Shown here: positions 10,243-20,272 of the stretch, piece by piece
Layout: the number at the start of each line of letters is the position of its first letter
Numbering within the stretch: position 1 is the stretch's first letter
Source of the DNA: Candidatus Treponema merdequi
GTDB lineage: Bacteria > Spirochaetota > Spirochaetia > Treponematales > Treponemataceae
DNA length: 64,000 nt
Assembly (NCBI GenBank): GCA_018064525.1
Contig: JAGHVB010000010.1
Location: forward strand, 40,684-104,683
Direction: 5' to 3'
Notes under the pieces: generated by a model
What the model was told of the DNA's origin: nothing
Databases searched by the model: none
What the model saw: only the letters and a program-made list of their open reading frames with translations
Program-made: the position numbers and the translations under genes

Positions 10243-12048
10243 TTAATCTTCTTCCTCTTCTTTTAATACTGCAAGGAATGCGCTCTGTGGAAGTTCCACA
10301 TCACCAATCATCTTCATGCGCTTTTTACCTTCTTTCTGTTTTTCAAGAAGCTTTCGTTTACGCGTAATGTCACCACCGTAACATTTTGCAAGAACGTCTT
10401 TGCGCACAGGATTAACAGTTTCGCGTGCAATAATCTGACTTCCGATTGCACCCTGAATTGCAACTTTGAACTGCTGGCGGCTGATTTCACCTTTTAAGCG
10501 GTGACAGATTTTATGAGCCTGAGCAGATGCATTTTCTTTAAAACAGAGCTGACTTAAAGCATCAACAGATTTTCCGTTCAAGAGAATATCAATTTTTACA
10601 AGTTCTGTATCACGGTAACCGATGATTTCGTAATCAAATGATGCATAACCGCGGCTGTAAGATTTTAATCTGTCATAAAAATCAAAGAGAACTTCCGAAA
10701 GCGGCATTTCATAAGTAATTTCTGCACGCTTTTCATCAAGATACTGCATGTTTGTCTGAAGTCCGCGTTTTTCAGTACAGAGAGCCATGATAGGGCCGAT
10801 ATATTCAGCTGGTGTAATGATAGATGCTTTGATATAAGGTTCTTCAGCACCACGTATTTTTCCTTCAGGATATTCAGAAGGATTATCAATCATCATTTCT
10901 ACTCCGCCATCAAGGTGAAGCTTATATCGGACAGACGGCGCCGTAAAAATAACAGCCTGATTAAAATCGCGTTCAAGTCGTTCCTGAATGATTTCAAGAT
11001 GAAGAAGTCCTAAAAATCCACAGCGGAATCCGTTACCAAGAGCGACAGAATTATCTTTTTCATAAATCAAACTTGCATCGTTAAGCTTAAGCTTTTCCAT
11101 GCTGTCACGAAGTTCATCATAATCATTTGAATCAATCGGATAAATTGAAGAATAGACAACAGGTTTAACTTCTTTAAAACCTGCAAGCGGTGCGTCCGCC
11201 GGATCTTCTGCAAGAGTAATAGTATCACCAACGCTTACATCACTTACAGTTTTCATTCCTGCAATAATGTAACCAACATCGCCTGCTTCAAGAACACCAG
11301 TATCTTCATATTTAATTTTGAAAACGCCAACCTGTTCAACTTTATACTCTGCGCCGGAGTTCATCATGCGGATTGTCTGACCGGTTTTAATTCTTCCCTG
11401 CATTACACGGATATGAACGATTACTCCGCGATATGCATCATAGTGACAGTCAAAAATCAAAGCCTGTGCTTTTGCCTCCGGATCTCCAGACGGAGGTGGA
11501 AACAAAGTAACAATTGCTTCCATGAGTTCATCAATTCCTTTTCCGGTCTTTGCAGAAACAAGCTGTGCTTCTTCTGGAATAAGACCAAGGTCATGATCTA
11601 TCTGATGTTTTACTGTCGGAATGTCTGCTGACGGTAAATCGATTTTATTAATAACTGGAACAATCGTTAAATTCTGTTCCAGCGCCATATACATATTGCT
11701 GACAGTCTGCGATTCAACACCCTGACTCGCATCAATCAATAAAAGCGCACCTTCACAAGAAGCAATCGCACGGCTTACTTCATAAGAAAAGTCAACATGT
11801 CCCGGTGTGTCGACAAAGTTAAGTTCATAATCATTTCCATCTTTTGCATGATATGGAATTGTTACTGCCTGACTTTTGATTGTAATACCGCGCTCGCGTT
11901 CAATGTCCATATTGTCGAGAATCTGATTCATCATCTGACGGTCGTCGATGATCTGAGCTTTCTGAATGAGACGGTCTGCAAGAGTTGATTTTCCGTGATC
12001 GATGTGTGCAACAATACAGAAGTTGCGTTTATATTTCATTTCTGTCAT
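10243..12048 (-). CDS. lepA: Translation elongation factor 4
   Basis: AHIDHGKSTLADR, DTPGHVDF, NKID, GFRCGFLGLLH, KCYGGDITRKRKLL. Confidence 0.98.
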   Translation of the reverse strand: MTEMKYKRNFCIVAHIDHGKSTLADRLIQKAQIIDDRQMMNQILDNMDIERERGITIKSQAVTIPYHAKDGNDYELNFVDTPGHVDFSYEVSRAIASCEGALLLIDASQGVESQTVSNMYMALEQNLTIVPVINKIDLPSADIPTVKHQIDHDLGLIPEEAQLVSAKTGKGIDELMEAIVTLFPPPSGDPEAKAQALIFDCHYDAYRGVIVHIRVMQGRIKTGQTIRMMNSGAEYKVEQVGVFKIKYEDTGVLEAGDVGYIIAGMKTVSDVSVGDTITLAEDPADAPLAGFKEVKPVVYSSIYPIDSNDYDELRDSMEKLKLNDASLIYEKDNSVALGNGFRCGFLGLLHLEIIQERLERDFNQAVIFTAPSVRYKLHLDGGVEMMIDNPSEYPEGKIRGAEEPYIKASIITPAEYIGPIMALCTEKRGLQTNMQYLDEKRAEITYEMPLSEVLFDFYDRLKSYSRGYASFDYEIIGYRDTELVKIDILLNGKSVDALSQLCFKENASAQAHKICHRLKGEISRQQFKVAIQGAIGSQIIARETVNPVRKDVLAKCYGGDITRKRKLLEKQKEGKKRMKMIGDVELPQSAFLAVLKEEEED

Positions 12049-12063
12049 AACGGTTTTATTATA

Positions 12064-13704
12064 TTAAAAATAATAAGGGCTGTCGAGGTTTGCAGGGATT
12101 CCCATTGAAACATCAAGATAACCTTTTTTTCTTCTCTTTACTGTAAACTCAGAATATATCATCGATTTATCATCACTAAACTGAATTCGTCCTACAGTAA
12201 CAGGATCATTTTCACTGAAACCGGATTCATCAGCAATACTTCCTTTGATGACATCGGTTATCATATAAGTCCTGCTGTTCAGAGTGCTTGATGGAATAAG
12301 TGAAATTCCATAAAGAGGAATGAAAGAATTTTCTATCGAGTCATTCTGATAAAAAGTATATCCCGGATATTTTGGTCTTGATGTTAAATAAACGAGACAA
12401 TCTCTTTTTTTATTTTCTGAATCGGTATAATCAAGTTTTACAATTGTTCCAGAAACAAATGTACGTAAAATGCTCTGTACCTGTTCGATGGAACTGACAG
12501 GAATTCCATCAAGTGCAGTAATTATATCTCCGCGTTTAAGCCCTGCTCTCGAAACTGGAGATCCCGGTGCAAAATACTGAAGTTCAATTCCACTGTTCTT
12601 TTTTCCAACTTTATAAGTATGTCCGTAAGCGCCAATCCATGGAACTTCACGAAGACCACCATAATATAGAATCGCAAGTTCCTGTTTCAGATATTCAACC
12701 GGAATTGCAAAATTAAGACCCTGATACTGCTGAATACCGGCAAAAACAATTGCCTGAACATTTCCATTAATATCAATACACGGACCACCGGAGTTACCGG
12801 AATTTACAGCAGCATCAATCTGCAGAACAGATCCTGTTGTAAAAAGTTTTCTGTTTGTAGAAGAAACAACTCCACTTGTTAAAGTGCTTTCCAGACCAAG
12901 AGGAGAACCGATTGCATAAATTTTGTCTCCCGCTTTTAAATCTGAACTTGAACCAAGTGAAAAAACATAAGGCGGTTTAATTTCTGTTTTCAAAAGAGCA
13001 AGGTCGTGAATATTATCCCAGCCGACTACTTTTGCAGGAATTCTTGTATCTTCATCTCCGTAAAGTTTGATATAAACTTTTCCATAACCTTCATATTTGG
13101 GATCAACGACATCTGAGATTACATGATGATTTGTAATAATGTAACCTCTCTCATCTATAAAAAAACCAGAACCGATTACTCTGTTTGCAAACCCCATTCC
13201 TGATTGAACCTTAATTCCAAGATCAACCCAGATAGTTACTGTTCCAGAAATACATTTTGTAAGATTATCAATTTTTGTATTACTTTTTTTTATTGATGCT
13301 CCGGGAATCTGATTAAAAAATAAATTTTCAAGTTCTTTTTTTGAAATCACTTCTTCCGCAAGATTCTGAAAGCCAGAATTTTCGAGAGACTTAAATCCAT
13401 AATATAATTCAAGATAATCTTTCTGTTCCAGGCTCGCTGTTAAATAATCTTTTACCCTTTTAGATACAATTGAAATTTCTTCCTTATCATCAAGTAAAAC
13501 AGAACGCCATAACGCTTCTACAGGGCTTGTCTGCATCAGCAGGTTAATTCTTTCAATTTCCTTTTTTCTGACATCTTCCTGTGTATAATCAAGTTCTTCT
13601 TTATGAACACCAGGATCAACTTTAGGAGAAGAAATACATGAAACAAACAGCAATCCTGATAAAAAAAAACAGACAGGAAGTTTTTTAGATTTAATTAATT
13701 TCAT
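12064..13704 (-). CDS. S1C (HtrA-like) serine protease lipoprotein with PDZ domains
   Basis: Lipobox-like LFVSC, triad TNHHV / DLALLK / GNSGGP, PDZ 'PGSPVSRAGLKRGD'; start set to ATG 13704. Confidence 0.88.
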   Translation of the reverse strand: MKLIKSKKLPVCFFLSGLLFVSCISSPKVDPGVHKEELDYTQEDVRKKEIERINLLMQTSPVEALWRSVLLDDKEEISIVSKRVKDYLTASLEQKDYLELYYGFKSLENSGFQNLAEEVISKKELENLFFNQIPGASIKKSNTKIDNLTKCISGTVTIWVDLGIKVQSGMGFANRVIGSGFFIDERGYIITNHHVISDVVDPKYEGYGKVYIKLYGDEDTRIPAKVVGWDNIHDLALLKTEIKPPYVFSLGSSSDLKAGDKIYAIGSPLGLESTLTSGVVSSTNRKLFTTGSVLQIDAAVNSGNSGGPCIDINGNVQAIVFAGIQQYQGLNFAIPVEYLKQELAILYYGGLREVPWIGAYGHTYKVGKKNSGIELQYFAPGSPVSRAGLKRGDIITALDGIPVSSIEQVQSILRTFVSGTIVKLDYTDSENKKRDCLVYLTSRPKYPGYTFYQNDSIENSFIPLYGISLIPSSTLNSRTYMITDVIKGSIADESGFSENDPVTVGRIQFSDDKSMIYSEFTVKRRKKGYLDVSMGIPANLDSPYYF

Positions 13705-15967
13705 TTGAAGTATTGTCTCCATTTGAATTACTTTCATTTTGAATTTCATTTTCTGTATTTTTAACTGTTTTCTTTGCATAAATTTTTGAATTTACTAAAA
13801 CATAATTTATAAAACAGTCTTCATATTCTTTCTGTTCAATCTGCCCCTGAACAATACTTTCATAACCGCTAAGAATTTCATCTTCAAATAAATCATCTTC
13901 TTTCTGATTCAACCAGAAAAACTTTTCAGATTTTCCGCTTACAACAGGAACTTTCTCATAATCATCATTTTCAAAAATAATGAATGACTTTACATCTGAA
14001 TTTTCATTTGCAGCAGAAAGCGTTGATGTATAACCAACATGTAAATAATCTTCAATAATGTAAACCGGTGTTGAATTTTCTGCTGCAATTGTAATCCAGT
14101 ATTTTTTTCCAGAAGAAGAAGAAACATAATAACTGTTTTCTTCAAGTAATTTTTTTTCATTCTCAGAAGATTTTTTTCTGTAAATTATATCAACTTTTCC
14201 ATCAAAATCAGAATCCCAAACAGATTCTTTTTTTCCATTTTCAAAATACGATTCAAAAAAATCAAATTCAGTATCGTTATCACAATCCATCCAGATTTCA
14301 GAAAGATATATATTTGAATTTACAAGAGGACTTCCCCAGATGTTTGTAGTAAGAGCATCCCGTTCTTTATCCGAAAGATTCATACTTCCGTCATCAACTT
14401 TGTAAAATTCAGTAAGTTCATAAATTGAATCACCGTCTTTATCAACATGTCTTATTGCACAGACATCACCTGATTCAAAAAACCTTGAAGAAGCATAACA
14501 GCTGTTCTCTGAATTGAAGTAATCAGCTTTATAAGGAATACCGTCAATTATTGAAAAAACTATATGACCACCCTGAACTTCAAGAGTTGGTTTTGTCATC
14601 GTGTTTGCAGAGTAAACGATTTTTTCGACATCAAAAAGTTCTGAAGAAGATTTAAGGGTACTTTCGTCTATGATATAAAAATCAGTGTCTGTTACAAAAG
14701 GTGATTTTACAATATCAAAAGGTTTGCTCACAAATGTTTCATCAATGATTGTATAGATTGTTGCGCCTTTTACATACGGATCAATATCTTTAAATAAAAT
14801 TGCATTTACATTCGGATAAGTTCCATATTTTACAATTGCACTCTGATCATAAACAATGATTTCTTTTGGTGATCCAAAATCGCATGTAACTTCCCATTCA
14901 AGGTTTGAATCATTATCTTTATCATAAGTAATTGAAATTGCGCGCCCGCGTTCATATTTTACAATAAGATTTGCTTCAAGTGTATTATTCGTATCATAAA
15001 CAAGAGTTCCATTAAATGCATCAAGATGTTCATCAAAATATTTTTTAAGATTTTCATCTTTAATCATTGAATAAAACTGAAATAAAAGTTTTGCATCAAG
15101 TTCGGTGTCTATGAAAGACATAAAATAATCTACAGCTTCTTCTTCAGTCATTACGCCGGCTTCTAAAGCTGCAACCGGATACAATACATTCTTAAATCCT
15201 CTTGCAGAAAAAGCTTTTAACAGACGCTTCTGTGTTTCACCTTCTGAGAAAATACTTGCATAAATTTCAAGATCATCATAACCGTTATCATAATCCGGAA
15301 CATGAGAAATAAAACTATCACATATCTTTTTTGCTGCCGGAGAAAGCTGCTGTTTTATAAAACCATTTTTAGTTTCATTTTCTTTATATAAAAGATTATA
15401 TTCATATCCAAAAAACAAATAGAAAAATCTTGCATCATTTGGATAAACTCTTCTGACTGTATCAATTTTATCTTCTGCTTTAGCAATTGATTCAGGAGTA
15501 TTTATTTCATAATAAGACTTAATTCGAACATATTCTGCATCTGAAGAATAAATCAGAGGAGCCTTATCTAAAACAGAAAGAGCTTCTTCCGGTTTACCAG
15601 TACATGCAAGAAGATCTGCATAAAAAACACGCGCATTCGAATAATTGTAATCGACCCATTCAACTTTATCCTCATCAAGAGCCATTGCAATAACAGGAAT
15701 AACATCAAAACGTGTTTTTCCAAGATTTATTAAACCGAGAGCTTCAAGATAATATAAATCTGCAACTGAATCATCATACTCGAGGCCTGCTGTACAGGAT
15801 TTAACAACAGAGACCCAGTCATTTTCAGAAGAATATTGTTTTGCAAGCTGAAGATATCTCAAAGAAGTTCTTCTATTTGCCGTCTTTGAACTTTCATTCT
15901 GCGCAAACACATTAACAGTTAAAAACAAACTTAAAATCAAACAAACAAACTTCTTCATATCATTCAC
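13691..15967 (-). CDS. Exported hypothetical protein, TPR-like N-terminus, Asp-rich motifs
   Basis: Signal peptide (..NVFA), TPR-like helices, four DxDxD-type motifs. Confidence 0.6.
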   Translation of the reverse strand: MNDMKKFVCLILSLFLTVNVFAQNESSKTANRRTSLRYLQLAKQYSSENDWVSVVKSCTAGLEYDDSVADLYYLEALGLINLGKTRFDVIPVIAMALDEDKVEWVDYNYSNARVFYADLLACTGKPEEALSVLDKAPLIYSSDAEYVRIKSYYEINTPESIAKAEDKIDTVRRVYPNDARFFYLFFGYEYNLLYKENETKNGFIKQQLSPAAKKICDSFISHVPDYDNGYDDLEIYASIFSEGETQKRLLKAFSARGFKNVLYPVAALEAGVMTEEEAVDYFMSFIDTELDAKLLFQFYSMIKDENLKKYFDEHLDAFNGTLVYDTNNTLEANLIVKYERGRAISITYDKDNDSNLEWEVTCDFGSPKEIIVYDQSAIVKYGTYPNVNAILFKDIDPYVKGATIYTIIDETFVSKPFDIVKSPFVTDTDFYIIDESTLKSSSELFDVEKIVYSANTMTKPTLEVQGGHIVFSIIDGIPYKADYFNSENSCYASSRFFESGDVCAIRHVDKDGDSIYELTEFYKVDDGSMNLSDKERDALTTNIWGSPLVNSNIYLSEIWMDCDNDTEFDFFESYFENGKKESVWDSDFDGKVDIIYRKKSSENEKKLLEENSYYVSSSSGKKYWITIAAENSTPVYIIEDYLHVGYTSTLSAANENSDVKSFIIFENDDYEKVPVVSGKSEKFFWLNQKEDDLFEDEILSGYESIVQGQIEQKEYEDCFINYVLVNSKIYAKKTVKNTENEIQNESNSNGDNTSNEIN

Positions 15968-15970
15968 CAG

Positions 15971-17458
15971 TTAATCTTTTACAATCCAGTTTTTATATCC
16001 GAAAATCTCGCCCCAGAGAACTCTGATTTTTTTATCTTCAAGTTCTTCAATTACGGGAATAAGATTTTTATATTCCGCTTTAACTTTAAAATCAGACAGC
16101 ACATCAGAAACAGATTTTTTGTCTTTGTTATTTGTCAAAACTTCGTCAGAGACATTTCTGCTTCTGAAACAAAAAGGCATCTTTATCTTATTTAATAAGA
16201 AAATCTGGCCATCATTTGTTACAAATTTTAAATTACAAAATCCGTCTTTTATGCATTCTACGGACAAAGTTCCGAAATCATATTCACGAAAATCATCCAT
16301 TTCTATTATATCAAAAAATCCGTAATTCGTCTGATTTTTTTTCTGTTTTTTAATAATCAGATTTCCGTCTGAAACACAGGCTTCTATCGAATCTTTTTGT
16401 AAAGTTGAATTTACGGCTCCGGATGCCACTTCTTTTACAAATCCATAAGGAATTCTTGATTTTACGCCAAGTAAATCAAAAGCTTTATACAAAAGATTCT
16501 GTCTTAAAATCATATCAAGGCTGTAAAACTTTTCCTCATTAAAAAAAACTTCTTCGTCCTTTTTAATCCATGAAAGTTCACCAAGACTTTTTTCAATATA
16601 TTCACTTTCAAAAAAAGCTTTTTCACGCCCTGACAGAATTGCTTTTTCAAATCCCGGATAATTTTCTTTGAGTACCGGAATTATAATATTTCTGATTCTG
16701 TTCCTGAGATAATTATTGTCACTGTTTGTGGAGTCTGTTCTGAAATCAATTTTTCTCTTCAAAAGAAAATTTTCAATCTGCTTTCGCGGCACATTCAGAA
16801 GCGGTCTGATATAAATCATATTTTCAGAATCCGAAAAACGTTTTTCCAGAATTCCACATCGCGAAAAACCAGACGCTCCCTGCAAAAAACGCATCACCAA
16901 TGTTTCAATCTGATCACTCTGATTATGTGCTGTCGCAAAAAAAACTTTGCCTGATTTTTCTGCAAATTTTTCAAATGCCTTATATCTTAAATAGCGTGCA
17001 GCCTCTTCTATTCCACGACCTCGTTTCTGAGCCTCGTTAAAAACTTCTCCTTCAGAAAATTCAACGACTTCACAGTTAACAGTCACTTTATCATTTGAAA
17101 GTTTTTCTGAATATTTTTTTACAAACTCACAGTCACCACCGCTTTCCTTTTCTGAACGGATTCTGTGATTGACAGTAATAACATTGATTATTTTTTTCGA
17201 AAGTAACCGGGTATTGTCTGTGATTTCTGATCTGACTGCGTCTGCTGCATTTTCTGTTCGGACTGAGTCTGCATTGTTTTCCGCTCTGCGGGAAAGTTCC
17301 GTAAATAATTCCACAAGAGCAGTAAGAAGACAAATTGAATCTGCCCCGCCGGAAACACCCGCGCACAAAGTATTTTCGGTGGAATAACCGTTTCTTTTTA
17401 AACAGTCATAAACCTGAGAAATTACAATGTCTGAAAATAAATCATCACTCATAAACAA
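15971..17458 (-). CDS. tilS: tRNA(Ile)-lysidine synthase
   Basis: GVSGGADS PP-loop, VNHRIR, ARYLRY, TAHNQSDQIET, YLRNRIR. Confidence 0.93.
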   Translation of the reverse strand: MFMSDDLFSDIVISQVYDCLKRNGYSTENTLCAGVSGGADSICLLTALVELFTELSRRAENNADSVRTENAADAVRSEITDNTRLLSKKIINVITVNHRIRSEKESGGDCEFVKKYSEKLSNDKVTVNCEVVEFSEGEVFNEAQKRGRGIEEAARYLRYKAFEKFAEKSGKVFFATAHNQSDQIETLVMRFLQGASGFSRCGILEKRFSDSENMIYIRPLLNVPRKQIENFLLKRKIDFRTDSTNSDNNYLRNRIRNIIIPVLKENYPGFEKAILSGREKAFFESEYIEKSLGELSWIKKDEEVFFNEEKFYSLDMILRQNLLYKAFDLLGVKSRIPYGFVKEVASGAVNSTLQKDSIEACVSDGNLIIKKQKKNQTNYGFFDIIEMDDFREYDFGTLSVECIKDGFCNLKFVTNDGQIFLLNKIKMPFCFRSRNVSDEVLTNNKDKKSVSDVLSDFKVKAEYKNLIPVIEELEDKKIRVLWGEIFGYKNWIVKD

Positions 17459-17473
17459 AAACCGGGTTTATAC

Positions 17474-17515
17474 AAAAAAAAAGTCATTGCAGGAAATTCC
17501 CCCACAATGACTTTT
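17474..17515 (-). terminator. Intrinsic terminator after rplY
   Basis: AAAAGTCATTG..CAATGACTTTT stem with T-run on minus strand. Confidence 0.75.
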
Positions 17516-17533
17516 ATCAGCAGGTCAGATTAA

Positions 17534-18085
17534 TTAGCGGCCTGCAGAAACGCTTACGAGGCATGTGTCTGCTGGAGTAAGAACTGTAATTCCGTCTCCG
17601 AGTTTCATGTCACTTACATTGAATTTCTGTCCAACACCTACACCAGAAATATCAATTACGACTCTTTCTGGAACGTTAGCTGGTTTTGCTTTAATAGTTA
17701 CTTCTGGAACATGTTTAAGAAGGAATCCACCTTTGAGGACACCTGCTGCTGTTCCTGTGTACTGTACTTTCATTTTGAGTACGATTTCTTTGTCACTAGC
17801 TGGTTCCCAGAAATCTGCATGAAGAACTTTGTCTGTACGGATGTTGTATTCTGTATCTTTGATGAATACATCGTGAGCTTTTCCGTCAACATTCAATGTT
17901 ACGAGTGTTGTTGCTGTTACAGTGCGCCATACGTTGTTGAATTCTTTTTCATCAACGTCAACCATTGTTGCTTTTCCTTCTGAGTTGTAAACAACTGCTG
18001 GAATGCGTCCTGTTGCTCTGAGAGCTTTTGCTGCTTTTTTTCCGCTTTCTGAGCGGCTTTTAGCTTCAAGTGTTACCTTTGCCAT
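17534..18085 (-). CDS. rplY: 50S ribosomal protein L25/Ctc
   Basis: LRATGRIPAVVY, VLHADF, two-domain long form, 183 aa. Confidence 0.93.
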   Translation of the reverse strand: MAKVTLEAKSRSESGKKAAKALRATGRIPAVVYNSEGKATMVDVDEKEFNNVWRTVTATTLVTLNVDGKAHDVFIKDTEYNIRTDKVLHADFWEPASDKEIVLKMKVQYTGTAAGVLKGGFLLKHVPEVTIKAKPANVPERVVIDISGVGVGQKFNVSDMKLGDGITVLTPADTCLVSVSAGR

Positions 18086-18216
18086 AATAGGTACTCCTAA
18101 AAAAAAGATTTAATTTTGTGGAAACGCCCGCAGAAAATGCGAAAAGAATAGACTAAGAAAAAAATTACTTATTCATACACCCCATCGTTCATCACGCCAG
18201 AGCTTTCCATAAATAA

Positions 18217-18289
18217 CTGGGACGACAGGATTCGAACCTGTGGAATACCGGCACCAAAAGCCGGGGGCTTACCGCTTGCCGACGTCCCA
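18217..18289 (-). tRNA. tRNA-Gln (TTG), CCA not encoded
   Basis: Acceptor TGGGACG/CGTCCCA, anticodon arm CCGGC-TTTTGGT-GCCGG, T-loop GGTTCGAATCC. Confidence 0.95.
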
Positions 18290-18390
18290 ATAATGAGAAT
18301 ATATTATCAAAAACTTGATTTTTTGTCTAGCAAATGGAAATTGCCAGACTTTTTCTTGAAAATTTCAGATAACCAGAATGTACAAAAAAC

Positions 18391-18672
18391 TTATTCAGCA
18401 TCACCGCCGGCTTCAATTACATGGCCTGCGTTGTATTCATCGAGAATTTTATTCTGTAATTCTGTTCTGAATTCAGGGCTGATTGGGTGAGCTACATCTT
18501 TGTATTCACCTGTTGAAGTTTTTTTGCTAGGCATTGCAATAAAAAGACCATCTTTTCCTTCGATGATTTTTACATTGTGTACTACAAAGCAGTTGTCAAA
18601 TGTTACAGTGACATAAGCCTTAAGTTTACCTTCTGATGTTACTTTACGAATACGTAATTCTGTTACTTGCAT
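18391..18672 (-). CDS. spoVG: SpoVG nucleic-acid-binding regulator
   Basis: MQVTELRIRK..KLKAYVTVTFDNCFVVHNVKIIEG..GLFIAMPS..YKDVAHPI. Confidence 0.95.
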   Translation of the reverse strand: MQVTELRIRKVTSEGKLKAYVTVTFDNCFVVHNVKIIEGKDGLFIAMPSKKTSTGEYKDVAHPISPEFRTELQNKILDEYNAGHVIEAGGDAE

Positions 18673-18683
18673 GAAAAGCCTCC

Positions 18684-19550
18684 TCATGAGCAAGAGCGAA
18701 CATTCCAGGAAAGAGATAACGTATTTCGGGCTTTTTGCAATTCCTGTTCCGAAGCAAAAACTCCAAATACTGTAGATCCTGAGCCTGACATATCTGTATA
18801 CAGAGCGCCATTTTTCTTTAAGTCAAAGACAGCCTGCTCTATTTGCGGATATCTTGAAGAAATAACCCGTGTAAAAGTATTTACAAAATTCCATTTATCC
18901 ACAGAACCATTATAAATGCCCTGCAGGTCATTTAATGCAGGATAATCCAAATTGTTACCGGATTCGTAAAACTCATCAATAAGAGCATAAGCTTCTTTAG
19001 TAGAGCTCGAAACTCCGGGAAAAACCAGTAAAATGTGTAAATCTTCTCTTCTGGTAATCGGCAAAACCTTTTCACCACGTCCTGTGACAACCGCGGCTCC
19101 CCGCCCGTCTTTATCACAGTGCAAAAAGAAAAACACGTCGCTTCCTACCTGGGCCGCAATTTCATCTTTTTGAGATGCGGTAAGGCAAGTTCCATACAAA
19201 GAACTTAACGCATTCAAAAACGCTGCAGCATCACTCGAACCACCCCCAAGCCCACCGCCTGCAGGAATAGTCTTTTTTATGATGACTTCAACGCCAGGTA
19301 AGTCCTGTTTAACAAGACTTCTAAATGCTTCGTAAGTCTTAGTAATTGTATTCTGCTGAGGCAATTCAAACAAATCGCACTTTACAGAACACTCATTTTT
19401 ACAGGCTGTCTGTCTGACAATAATTTCATCACCAAGACTGACGGTCGAAAAAATGCTTTCGATATCATGAAAACCGTCTTCCCGCTTTGGTAAAACTTTT
19501 AGTCCAAAATTTATCTTTGCAGGTGCCGTAACATGAATCTCGTTTAACAT
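18684..19550 (-). CDS. ispE: 4-diphosphocytidyl-2-C-methyl-D-erythritol kinase
   Basis: APAKINFGL, IPAGGGLGGGSSDAA, GSDV, MSGSGSTVF. Confidence 0.95.
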   Translation of the reverse strand: MLNEIHVTAPAKINFGLKVLPKREDGFHDIESIFSTVSLGDEIIVRQTACKNECSVKCDLFELPQQNTITKTYEAFRSLVKQDLPGVEVIIKKTIPAGGGLGGGSSDAAAFLNALSSLYGTCLTASQKDEIAAQVGSDVFFFLHCDKDGRGAAVVTGRGEKVLPITRREDLHILLVFPGVSSSTKEAYALIDEFYESGNNLDYPALNDLQGIYNGSVDKWNFVNTFTRVISSRYPQIEQAVFDLKKNGALYTDMSGSGSTVFGVFASEQELQKARNTLSLSWNVRSCS

Positions 19551-19680
19551 AAATTTATTATCTATCAGTTTTTTTTAGTTGTCAATTTTTTTTGTATTTT
19601 AATGGAACCTGATAAAAACGCATTTTCTGCTATAAAAACAAATAGTAGAACAGAAGGCTTTATTTGTGTAAATTATAGAT

Positions 19681-19869
19681 ATGTTTTCTGTAAATGATTT
19701 TTTTGGCAGTTCAAGTTTAGTCAGTATCGCTTTTTCTTATACAGACGAATACAGTGATGAAAAACTTGCAGAGGAATATGAAAAATCGGATTTCGAAAAT
19801 GCAGAAACAGATGATGATTTTGCTGAATTTGATGACAGCGACGAGTTCTTCGTAGATGACGAAGAATAG
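19681..19869 (+). CDS. Small highly acidic hypothetical protein (62 aa)
   Basis: 23/62 residues D/E, 2 K, no R; TAAATT 6 nt before ATG. Confidence 0.5.
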   Translation: MFSVNDFFGSSSLVSIAFSYTDEYSDEKLAEEYEKSDFENAETDDDFAEFDDSDEFFVDDEE

Positions 19870-19912
19870 AACCGTACGCTGTCATTTTTCTCTTTTCTTA
19901 AAAAACTTTTTA

Positions 19913-20260
19913 TCAGCCTTTTAAAAATTTTCCGTTATGCCAGAGTTTTTCGAGATCATAAAAATCTCTTGCCGGCTTTGACATAAGATGAACAACGATA
20001 TTTCCAAGATCAATAAGATTCCAGTCATCTCCGTCAGGACTCTTTTTATTTGTAAGATGAATTTCAAGATCGTTTTCCTTGATATAATCTTTTACCTGTT
20101 TGTAAAGTCCCTGCCAGTGAGCACTTGAATTAATTGTTACAATGACAAAATAATCAGTCCAGCTGTTCAAGTCTGAAACATCAATTACAACGACATTGTC
20201 ACCTTTTCCATCTTCCATCAACTGTGCAATTTCTAATGCTTTATCCTGTGTAGATTTCAT
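19913..20260 (-). CDS. rsfS: Ribosome silencing factor
   Basis: DGKGDNVVVIDV, DYFVIVT, WNLIDLGNIVVHLM, R.FYDLEKLW. Confidence 0.95.
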   Translation of the reverse strand: MKSTQDKALEIAQLMEDGKGDNVVVIDVSDLNSWTDYFVIVTINSSAHWQGLYKQVKDYIKENDLEIHLTNKKSPDGDDWNLIDLGNIVVHLMSKPARDFYDLEKLWHNGKFLKG

Positions 20261-20272
20261 AATATTTTTCCT

